DNA of 64,000 nucleotides from Histomonas meleagridis 2922-C6/04-290x (lineage: Eukaryota > Protista > Parabasalia): positions 1 through 64,000 of the forward strand of contig JAANOX010000238.1 of assembly GCA_020184695.1 (NCBI GenBank), in the 5' to 3' direction. This document shows, one piece after another, positions 12,056 to 20,927 of the stretch. Under the pieces are notes generated by a model. The model searched no databases and was not told the DNA's origin. It worked only from the letters and a program-made list of their open reading frames with translations. The position numbers and the translations under genes are program-made. Each line of letters begins with the position of its first letter. Position 1 is the first letter of the stretch.

Positions 12056-13198
12056 TTAAAAACCACGATTACTGTTAATATATGTATATAATGATGTTTT
12101 AACATCTGCAAATTTATTCTTATCTAGTAAAATTTCAGAAACTGCTTGCTTTGAAGCGCTTGTCCAATAATTTTCTCCTGTATCTTCTCTAATATATTTC
12201 TTAGCTGTTTTCTCATCTTTAATATTTTGACCTGCCAATATCTTATTCATTCTTGTTTTTATAATGTCATTATAAAATTTAGCAGATACACTAAGTATTG
12301 AAAACATTCTTTTAATCATAGCTAACTTTACAGGAAGTTGTTCATCATTAGCATTATTCTTTTGATAATCTTTAAGAGAATCATTATAAATTGGCTTAAT
12401 AACATATCTAGTAAACACTTGATTTGCTGTTCTCCTTCTTGGTTTTGTGTGTTTTTATTTTTTCTTATATATTTATCCATAAATTCATCGAAATCCTCTA
12501 TATGTTGACCTTTTGCTCTCAAAAGTTTTCTATTTTGTGGACTACCATATTTTTGTTGTAAAAATCTTATATATTGACTTTCATTTGGGTCATGTTGTTT
12601 AACTGTCCATCCATTTACAAATTTTGCTCTTTTATGTTGATCTGCAACTATAACATCTGGAATACCATCCTTATTTATATCTTCTTCAATTGCAGTCCAA
12701 TGATATCTTGGATCCTTTTTATCTTTATTATGTTTTTCAACTAATGCTCTTGCTCCTTCTATTGTTTGAAGCTCTCTAATTTTTTTAACATCTTTCTTCA
12801 AATCAAGAATAAGATGTGCTAATGTATCCATATTTTCATCCAATATAACATTACTTCCTCCAGTATATTTATATTTATTCTTATCTTCTATAAAATCATA
12901 CATTTTACCATCAGGAGTTCTAATGTGATATTCATGAGGTCTTATTGGTGGTGGTGAATTTTTAGTATTTGTTACTTCTTTTTTGATATTTTCCAACCAC
13001 TTTTTCATAACCCAATGGTGAAATTTCGGTAGACAAAATTGGTTTAATGTCTTCGGTAGTTACTGTTAGTTGCATTGATGAAAAATGATTTTCTTCATTT
13101 TCTGTTTGTTCTTCTAGAGCGTCCTCCTCTTCTACCTCTGGATGAAATAATACTAGTTCATCAAAGAATGGATGTCCAATATTTTGTGAATATGTCAA
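12056..13198 (-). pseudogene. Maverick protein with DxNxDG loop (frameshifted), paralog of 28463-29570
   Basis: TPDGKMYDF...LAHLILDLKKDVKK...HWTAIEEDINKDGIPD...VNGW shared with the 28.5 kb copy. Confidence 0.7.
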
Positions 13199-13207
13199 TA
13201 TATCGTC

Positions 13208-13405
13208 CTATATAGAATTAATATCTATATTAAGTGATTTTTGTGTTCTCCATATGTTTAGTTGATTATTGAGTTCATCTATAGTTTTATTGGTTTGTTG
13301 ATTTCTCCATTGTCTTAATTTTTCAATAGCAGCACTCATATCGACCCCCAGAACATTGAGATAAGTAGCTAATTCATTATCTATACCCTTTTCTTTATAT
13401 GCCAT
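13208..13405 (-). CDS. Small hypothetical viral protein, 65 aa, absent from the paralogous block
   Basis: Intact ORF with the same A-rich ATG context as its neighbours. Confidence 0.45.
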   Translation of the reverse strand: MAYKEKGIDNELATYLNVLGVDMSAAIEKLRQWRNQQTNKTIDELNNQLNIWRTQKSLNIDINSI

Positions 13406-13436
13406 TAAAAAATAATGAATTTTAATTTATCATTTT

Positions 13437-13942
13437 TTATTCAATTTTTATTTTTTGATTACTCACGTCGACGATCATTTTTTGATGTCCTGACAGTTTT
13501 TGAATTTTTCAAATAATTCAGATATTTGATTATCTACTATTTTATTTTCCCAATGATTATTTTTAATTTCATTATAAAATTGTATCCATTTTAATATATC
13601 TTTAACTATATCTTTTGCTTGATTTTCAGCTACATATAAAATTGGGATTTTAATTAAAGGTTTTAATGATTCAAATGTAGGATCATTTTCTAATCCATTT
13701 TTATTAATATAAATTAATAAATGAGTTCTAGGACTAATATTACTAATTTTAATAATTTCTCTAATTATACATTGAGTTTTCCCACTTCTTTGTCTACCTA
13801 CTGCTATATTTAAAGAATTATAAGGTACATTTACTTCTGGATGAATTTAACTTATTAATTCTTCATTTAATTTAGGTTTATTTTTATATAAACAATAATC
13901 AATCATATTATCTAAGGCATCAATATTAATATCGTTTTCCAT
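13437..13942 (-). pseudogene. Packaging ATPase (A32/FtsK-like), internally deleted
   Basis: Walker A VGRQRSGKT; lacks the ~300 bp containing Walker B that is present at 29665-29965. Confidence 0.85.
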
Positions 13943-13991
13943 AAATTAAAATAATTTCATTAAAAACATTCTGTCACTTCATTATTTTTTA

Positions 13992-14143
13992 ATGGAATCT
14001 CTTTATACATGCTTTGCACAAGAATTTAAAGATTGTGATTTTAGTGCTATAAATATTAAACCTTCCTTTTCTATTGTTAAAAATAAAAATGTAATAACAT
14101 TAACTGTAACTGTATATAATAAATATCATAATTTACTTAGAAT
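13992..14143 (+). pseudogene. Truncated copy of ORF 30446-30817
   Basis: MESLYTCFAQEFKDCDFSAINIKPSF...KYHNLL then breaks off. Confidence 0.8.
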
Positions 14144-14529
14144 AAGTAAATTTCAAAATGATTTATAAATAAAAAAAACTTAATGATATTAATATTTTCT
14201 ATCGTTCGAAAAGCGACACATTTGAATGAATAAATGGATTCAATATATACTGAAAAGTGGCAACTTTTTGATTGAAACGATGGAGACACTTTTCGAATGA
14301 GTGAATGGTCGGTAAAATTTTTCGTGATCTTTATGATGGGGGATCAGTTATAAAAAATTCAATTGAATGTAATCGTATTTTAACATATTTGGAACACCGT
14401 TAAATTCAAATTTCATGCGTTAATAATAATGTATTAAAACAAACTGAATTTAGGAAATGTTTATTTCAATATTTAAATATTTCCTCTTTTATCCTTGAGA
14501 ATCTTTTAATTTTATTATGTCATCACATT

Positions 14530-14865
14530 TATGATGTTGAATTTTGTCTGCAAATAATCGAATAATATCTGCATTTTTCTTTTCTGATGCTATCATAAGC
14601 GCTGTTTTATATGTTTATAAGTAATTCCAAATGTTTATATGAAATTTCATATTTTTTCAAAATATTTTAAATAAAACAAATAAATATCTTTAGCATTAAT
14701 ATCAATTCCTTCTTGTTCAAGAAGTAATTGAACTATTTCTGTATGACCTTTTTCAGACGCTTTCATAAGTGCTGTAAAAAATAATTGAAATAATTTCCAA
14801 ATATTATTTTGAAATATAAAATTATTAAAAAAAATTCCAAATAAAGAATTTAATATCCAAGTCAT
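14530..14865 (-). pseudogene. Ankyrin-repeat fragment (two repeats separated by AT-rich spacers)
   Basis: TALMKASEKGHTEIVQLLLEQEGIDINAKD and KTALMIASEKKNADIIRL. Confidence 0.75.
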
Positions 14866-14994
14866 TTTTTATAGGATTAATATGAAATAATAAATAGTTA
14901 TATTAATGTATTACAAAATTACACATGTGTATATTTGAATAGATAAATGGATGTTAATTTTTTTAAATGTTATTTAAAAAATGCCGTATGACCG

Positions 14995-15702
14995 TTGATC
15001 ACATCATCGTTACACTTAATAAGGATGACATTCAATACTACTCTTAGTAATCCCCAAAATATCCTTGGTAGAAGGGTCCTAGGTCTCAAAGCACCTTGCT
15101 CTCAACCTCCATCAGATTCTTCTGATTTTGAACTTGATGAAGAGGATGAGAATGTGCATAATTTATTTAAGGAATTAGAAAAACCTGTCTCCTTTGTTGA
15201 AGATAGTGCCCCTGAACATGTTAAAAAGTATTTGAGAAGACTCCATATCTTCTCATCTATAAATTCTCACTTATTGGAATGGGATGTAGCCTATGCTTTC
15301 CAGAAATTAGGTTTTAGTTTAGACTTTAAGGATAGTCTAAAAGTACATATGGATGAGAAAGATTTTATAGGTAATCGTCAAGAATTACATGTAGCATGTC
15401 TTCAATTGGGTATAAAATTATACCTTCATCGGGGGTACTATACAAACAACCGATTACTAATAATCAGACCAATAGTTCGGGAGATTAATAGATATAATAT
15501 TTACCGTGATTATTATAATTATTTTGGCTATATAAACAGCTCTAAGGAACCAGTCCATATAGCAGTATACAAGGATCAATGGTTTATAATATATGAAGAA
15601 ACACCCTTCACTGATAATCTTGTGATAGCCAAAAACCTCAATAGCATACGCTTAGTAGTCGAATCGGAAAAAAGAGGTATAATTAAACTAAGAACTAAGT
15701 AA
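14995..15702 (+). CDS. Stand-alone homolog of the PolB N-terminal (vOTU-like) domain, catalytic Cys and His absent
   Basis: Collinear with the PolB at 33 kb: YAFQKL/YALKQS, IIRPIV/RIRPIV, YNYFG/YNYIG, HIAVYKDQWF..EETPFT/HLYLFEQHYF.KEMTPFT. Confidence 0.65.
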   Translation: MITSSLHLIRMTFNTTLSNPQNILGRRVLGLKAPCSQPPSDSSDFELDEEDENVHNLFKELEKPVSFVEDSAPEHVKKYLRRLHIFSSINSHLLEWDVAYAFQKLGFSLDFKDSLKVHMDEKDFIGNRQELHVACLQLGIKLYLHRGYYTNNRLLIIRPIVREINRYNIYRDYYNYFGYINSSKEPVHIAVYKDQWFIIYEETPFTDNLVIAKNLNSIRLVVESEKRGIIKLRTK

Positions 15703-15710
15703 AATTTTTT

Positions 15711-15959
15711 TTATTTATTTAATATCCAATGGATACCATTAGCATAATATTTCAATCCGTTATGTAAATTAAATGTGAAATAAGTATCACGACAAATGAA
15801 TAATTGAGGGGGAGGTGGATGATTTCCAGCATCATCTATATTATGATATGTATCATTAGCTTGTGTATAAATTGGTTGACCTTTAATTTGTATTGGTATA
15901 TTTTGTCCATTAGAATCTAAACCATCAAATACATAACCACCACGTGAACGTTCACATTG
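15711..15959 (-). pseudogene. C-terminal fragment of Trichomonas-type Maverick major capsid protein, cut by mariner
   Basis: QCERSRGGYVFDGLDS...IQIKGQPIY...DTY...HPPPPQLFICRDTYFTF, recalled as the MCP C-terminus of this family. Confidence 0.7.
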
Positions 15960-15961
15960 TA

Positions 15962-17235
15962 TAGGGTGTTCCACCCCAACTGTAGTATCTCACTCATTTT
16001 TCAAGTTTTTTTAAATTTATTGATAAAAATGAAATGTTTATTAAATATACTATCCATTTGTTTCGATAACTTTTTTAAGTCTTTTTTCCCATTCGTCAAG
16101 AACGCTTTGCAAAGTTTCTTTCGGTATATTTAATAATATTGAAGTCACTTTTTCTTCAATTTCTTCTCTACTCTCATATTGAAATCCTTCCATTTTTTTC
16201 CTTTTAGATACCGAAATAGGAAAAAGTCGGAAGGAGCTATATCTGGGGAGTAGGGGGGATGAAGTGCCCTTTTTGAGCTTGTTGGAGTCCATATATAAAG
16301 TTGTGAATCTCGACGTATGCGGTTTTTGCATTATCGGCATGTACAGTAATTTTTTTCTTGTGTCATATTTAGGATTTGTACCATTCTTTTTTTGGAAAGT
16401 TTTGATAAAAATATATTTTTACATAATATTGTGAATTAAATGTTTCACCCTTCGGAAGAAAGTCAATAACTTTAAATCCGTGGGGATTCCAAAAACCGTC
16501 AACATTACTTTTTTTTGCGTAATAGTCCCTTTTGCTTATTGTACCTCGTGGTGTTCCTCGTGGTATCCATTGTCGAACATAATAATAATCATAATAAAAC
16601 CAGGACTCGTCACCTGTTATAAAATATTTATAACTGTTATGTCTTGCAATCTCTAATGTCTTTAAAAGTTGAATTGATTTAGTGACTCTTTGTTTTTTAA
16701 TATCTTTCGTCAGTAAATGTGGAACCCACTTTAAAAGTTTATTTTTCATAGCCAAGCTTTTTCAGTAAGATGCCTATATACAGTAGTGTTTGGAATCTCT
16801 GTTAACTTAGCTATTTGTCTTATTGAAGCATATGGAAATTTATCTAAAATTTTTCAAAATTTTTTTAAATCAACATTTTCGTCAATAGGGGTAATCGGTT
16901 CACTAATGTTAGGTGACAATGTTTGATCAAAACTTCTTTGTCTGAGGTATTTACATACTGTTGAATATGAAATACATTCTTCGCCCAATATGATCTCCAT
17001 TTCGGTATGAAACGCTTTTGCTGACATTCCCTTCATCGCGAGATATATTGTGATTGATTTTTGATCAAGCTCCATAATGGAGGGGTAAAAATTTTAAACG
17101 TCATTTTTTTGAATTCAATTAAAGAAAAATCGATTATTAGTTAATGATAGACTTGACAAAAATTATTTTTAAATGCCAATTGAATCGATGAATAAAATCG
17201 TTATAAATCACGATCAATTGGCTGGGCCCACCCTA
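15962..17235 (-). mobile_element. mariner transposon copy 1 (frameshifted) with a different 5' end from copy 2
   Basis: TA|TAGGGTGTTCCACCCC at 15962; ...GGGCCCACCCTA|TA at 17235; CDS near-identical to 54807-55826. Confidence 0.9.
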
Positions 17236-17259
17236 TAAATATGTGTTTAGCAATGCTAT

Positions 17260-17655
17260 TTGGGTACGGGAAAAACAAAATGGGCAAGAATCCAAATGGA
17301 CCCGGATAAAACATTCTTCAAGTTTCAAAATAAATGGTGGGAAGGGTATGATGACTTCCGCCATAAACTAGTACTAATTGAATATATGTCGTCAGATAAG
17401 GCAAAATTATTAATCGACCACATCAAAAATTGGTCAGATAGATTCTGGTTTGCTGCTGAAATAAAAGGCGCAGCTATAAAAGCAAACCCAGGAAAATGAT
17501 TCTTAATAGTAACATCGAATCATTCAATAGAAAACTGTTTTGGAAACAAAAATGATGCATTGGCCATCAAAAGAAAATTTAAAGAGGTCAACGTAAATGA
17601 TCCTAATGACATATTCCTCCAAACTCAATTAAATAGGAACATTTTGACTCAATAA
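17260..17655 (+). pseudogene. rep: CRESS-DNA virus Rep, SF3 helicase half (one internal stop, HUH half missing)
   Basis: GTGKT (Walker A), NKWWEGY, LVLIE (Walker B), WSDRFWFAAEIKG, IVTSN (motif C), AIKRKF. Confidence 0.9.
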
Positions 17656-18025
17656 AGGGTTTCCTAAAATTATTTTTTACATACCAGACACTTTTTGAGA
17701 TTCCATTTTTTCTTGGTGGGCAAGTTTTCGTACATGTGATATGAAAAATGAAGAATTCCGATCAAAATGAATTGAATTTTAAAAATTAAGTATTCAATTT
17801 CAAAAATCAGGAGGCCCGAAATGAACAAATTTATATTTTGTGCTAGGTAATAAGATCTTGGCTGGAGGTACCAGTTAACGTTTTCCGCGAGATATGGACC
17901 TAGCGAAAAATTTTTATTTTTAAACGTTTACAAATAACGGTCTTTTTCAAAAATAGAATTTAAACCTGACCCCCACCCCTAGTACACTCTATACTGATCA
18001 CCTTTCTACGCCCTTTTATAAAAAA

Positions 18026-18106
18026 AGTGCTCCGCGGAGTCGGGCTTCGGCATGTTTGTGATAAATGCACTCATTCGCCATTAGGGCTCTCTTTGGGGGA
18101 GGGGGT
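18026..18106. other. GC-rich ~80 bp element in the CRESS intergenic region, repeated at 43881 and partly at 46212
   Basis: AGTGCTCCGCGGAGTCGGGCTTCGGCATGTTTGTGATAAATGCACTCATTCGCCATTAGGGCTCTC...GGGGGAGGGGG. Confidence 0.9.
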
Positions 18107-18351
18107 ACCTTGGTTTAAAGAAAAAGATAAAAATAAAAAAGTTCTCAATTGCCCATTGAGTGAACAAACTTTGTTATTATCATTTATGTGCTGAGTCGAA
18201 GAGAAAAAAAAAATCAATAAGGAAAACCGATAGAAAAAAAAAATATCTAAAAATCAATTGAATGGCTTACATTTTACGATGTAACATTAAAAGTATAATT
18301 AAAATTAGGAACATATAATTTACTAGGTGCAGCAACACTAAAATTAGTTTA

Positions 18352-18915
18352 TCAAAGTACTAATACAACAGATTCATTAGATGTAAGAAATAGTACAGTA
18401 CAATCAGCATTATCTGGTTTAATTGTACCAAAATCATATAAATAATAATACATAAAACCTGATTGAGATATTTCAGATTGAGAAATAATATTAACACGAA
18501 TAAGAGTATAATCTGAAGTAGGAGAATTGGGTTGAATACAAATAAAGACATAATAATGTGTATAATCTATTGACTGATTCAAACCAGTAGGATATATAAA
18601 TTGGGTTAATGGAAAAACATTAGTAGAATCAGTACCAAGTTTAATTGATGAAATAGGAATAACTACTTTAATAGTAGATCCAACTTCATATGCAATACGT
18701 TTAGTACTAGTAGAACCAGGATAATTAACAATGTTATTTTGAACAGTATAATCAGCAACAATACCGTTGTTCTTAATAACTTCATAAGCACGATCTAAAT
18801 CATATTTAGTCATAGGAGGATCAAGAGGAGGAACCAACTTACGTTGTAACACTCGTCCCTTATTACGTGAATAATATGATTCACTAATAGGACCAATGCG
18901 CTGAGGGTCAAACAT
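18352..18915 (-). CDS. CRESS virus accessory ORF, 187 aa, intact
   Basis: Starts 27 bp downstream of cap, same strand and base composition; beta-rich sequence. Confidence 0.6.
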   Translation of the reverse strand: MFDPQRIGPISESYYSRNKGRVLQRKLVPPLDPPMTKYDLDRAYEVIKNNGIVADYTVQNNIVNYPGSTSTKRIAYEVGSTIKVVIPISSIKLGTDSTNVFPLTQFIYPTGLNQSIDYTHYYVFICIQPNSPTSDYTLIRVNIISQSEISQSGFMYYYLYDFGTIKPDNADCTVLFLTSNESVVLVL

Positions 18916-18941
18916 AAAAATAAAAGTGGGAAAATTTTTTA

Positions 18942-19452
18942 TTAATAAGTGATAGCATAATTTAATTTAACCCCTAGGAACTTTTCGGAAATTTCAGTGC
19001 CGGGAATAGATACTTTTAAACATAAAACAATACAATCACCTGAATTCAAATTACGTGCTAACCTAGTACGAAATACTTGAGTCTGTTGAGCATTAGGGGT
19101 AAGGTACCCTGACATTATAACATTTTGATTGGGTTCATATAATGAAACAGGGGCAGCAGGGGTACCAAGTGACATTGATTGAGCAACCGTACCATTGGGG
19201 ACATAAACTAGAGCCCATAATAATGGAATATCAACATCAGTGATCATCTTTAAAGTAAAATTCTTTACTTTACGCATACCTTGGGTAGCGAATACAGTAA
19301 TGAGGGTGGTATTTACTTGATCACCTATGGCACCGTCACCAACTCACATTAAATGCAATATTTCCAGAACAATTATAAGTCTCATTTAAATACTTTACAG
19401 TTTTTAATGGACGTCCACGTGAATAACTACGTCTACGTGACCTACGAGGCAT
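18942..19452 (-). pseudogene. cap: CRESS (kirkovirus-like) capsid protein, one frameshift near 19340
   Basis: Arg-rich start MPRRSRRSYSRGRPLKTVKYLNET, then GMRKVKNFTL...SLYEPNQNVI...RLARNLNSGDCIVL...NYAITY. Confidence 0.8.
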
Positions 19453-19465
19453 AACAATAAAAAAT

Positions 19466-19690
19466 TTAATGTTGTGGGAGATTTATTAATTGAGGGTGAA
19501 TAAGATATGAAGGAACATCCTTACGACGACGATCATAACGGATGGCACCTATAGAGATTATTGGGAGAACAATGACCCAATTCTCAACCAACTGATAATT
19601 CTCTCTAATAAAGCCCTTATGACGTTGTATTTTCTCATCACAGAGTGATAATGTTATGCCAACTATAACATATTCTATTCCCTATTTATT
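19466..19690 (-). pseudogene. Remnant of a further viral ORF upstream of cap
   Basis: Open frame GIEYVIVGITLSLCDEKIQRHKGFIRENYQLVENWVIVLPIISIGAIRYDRRRKDVPSYLIHPQLINLPQH* ending 14 bp before the cap ATG. Confidence 0.4.
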
Positions 19691-19745
19691 CGTAATTATT
19701 ATTTTGTTTGTATTTTTGATATTTATAATTTCATTTATAATAAAA

Positions 19746-20834
19746 TTATTTTTCTTCCATCTGTTCTCTTTCTATGTTTTGTTGGTTCATTATATCCTGT
19801 GGAACCGGCGGATATGGCAAAAGAACATCTCTTATCCAAACACGGAATGTATCCTCCTGTTTTACGATTGAAGCGATGTGAGGGAATAAAACGTCACTTT
19901 TCCACTTTTCAATTTGGGGTCTCACAATTTCAAATTCAACATCTTTGTTAGGATTTGCGAATTCAGGTGTTTTCGCTGCGTTGCGCTTAAATCCAGGATA
20001 TTCTACTCGATCAAGCATAAGACCATCACCAGGCAACCTCGGTAAAGCCCATTTTGTTGCTGTAAAAGTTTTTCGAAGATCTTCTATACTTAATAATCCA
20101 AATGCACATGAAAGAACCGTGGCAAGCATTTTGCGGATTTGATTGATCATAAATGATTTGCCTCTTATTGTCCACAAAATGTACTGTTCTCCTTCTAAGT
20201 CAAAAGGATCAGAAAAACTGAAATGCGTTATAGTTCTCATTGCTGAGGGATTTGTTGGAGAAACACCCCTGGTATAATTATGATAGTTCTTTTCTCCAAT
20301 AAATTCAGGAAGAACTTGATTCTTGATGAAGTCAAAATCTGGATTATCACCAAGAGCATATAATGGCATAAGATACAAATATTTTCTGTATTCAGCAAAC
20401 TTTTGTGCTTGGAAATGTCTGCCGACATCAATTGCTTTCCAAACGACAATTGTTGATCCTTGTGGTAAATTGGAATTAATAAGTGCAGGAACATCTTTTG
20501 TTTTCAAACCAACAAAAAAGCGTGCGTTGAATGATAATACTTGGGCACAACAGTGAACTCCTGCATCAGTTCTGGATGCTTCATTCCATTTGATTTTATT
20601 GAGGTTGGCAATAACACCGGGTCTAATTAAATAGCTATTAATAAGCGCATGGAACAAGTCACTTTCAATTGTTTTTTGTCCTTTATTTTGTTGTAAACCA
20701 TGATATCCTGTTCCGATATAAGAATAACAAAGAACGAGGGGAACGTGCGATTGCCCCGGTACAAGGACTGGTTTGTTTTGTTCTTTTTTTTTCTCAGATG
20801 TGCTTTCTTGTGGTTTTGAGAAAAAAATTCCCAT
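19746..20834 (-). CDS. PUS1: tRNA pseudouridine synthase, TruA/Pus1 family (host)
   Basis: YIGTGYHGLQ, ASRTDAGVH (catalytic Asp), HNYT, GKSFMINQIRKM, GLMLDRVEY. Confidence 0.93.
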   Translation of the reverse strand: MGIFFSKPQESTSEKKKEQNKPVLVPGQSHVPLVLCYSYIGTGYHGLQQNKGQKTIESDLFHALINSYLIRPGVIANLNKIKWNEASRTDAGVHCCAQVLSFNARFFVGLKTKDVPALINSNLPQGSTIVVWKAIDVGRHFQAQKFAEYRKYLYLMPLYALGDNPDFDFIKNQVLPEFIGEKNYHNYTRGVSPTNPSAMRTITHFSFSDPFDLEGEQYILWTIRGKSFMINQIRKMLATVLSCAFGLLSIEDLRKTFTATKWALPRLPGDGLMLDRVEYPGFKRNAAKTPEFANPNKDVEFEIVRPQIEKWKSDVLFPHIASIVKQEDTFRVWIRDVLLPYPPVPQDIMNQQNIEREQMEEK

Positions 20835-20848
20835 GAGCCAAAAGAAAT

Positions 20849-20856
20849 GTCACTTT
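20849..20856 (-). promoter_or_regulatory. AAAGTGAC (Trichomonas motif-2-like core promoter element) upstream of PUS1
   Basis: 14 nt before the ATG; same motif 7 nt before ATG 57821. Confidence 0.55.
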
Positions 20857-20927
20857 TAAAAATACGTTAAAAAGCACGCGAACGTTAAACACATACGTTA
20901 AATATTGTTCTTTGTTTTCGATTATTA

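Noticed and set aside
18060-18170. HDV-like ribozyme on the minus strand (TAATGGCGAATG matches the HDV 3' end)
   Set aside because: No P3/L3/P1.1 arrangement could be built, and the 43881 copy has a 2 nt insertion in this segment
17655-18350. Canonical CRESS origin (nonanucleotide in a stem-loop)
   Set aside because: No NANTATTAC-type motif flanked by a stem was found
19656-20556. Short ORFs overlapping PUS1, and those overlapping the lyase at 59274-62533
   Set aside because: Alternative-frame shadows of long conserved genes
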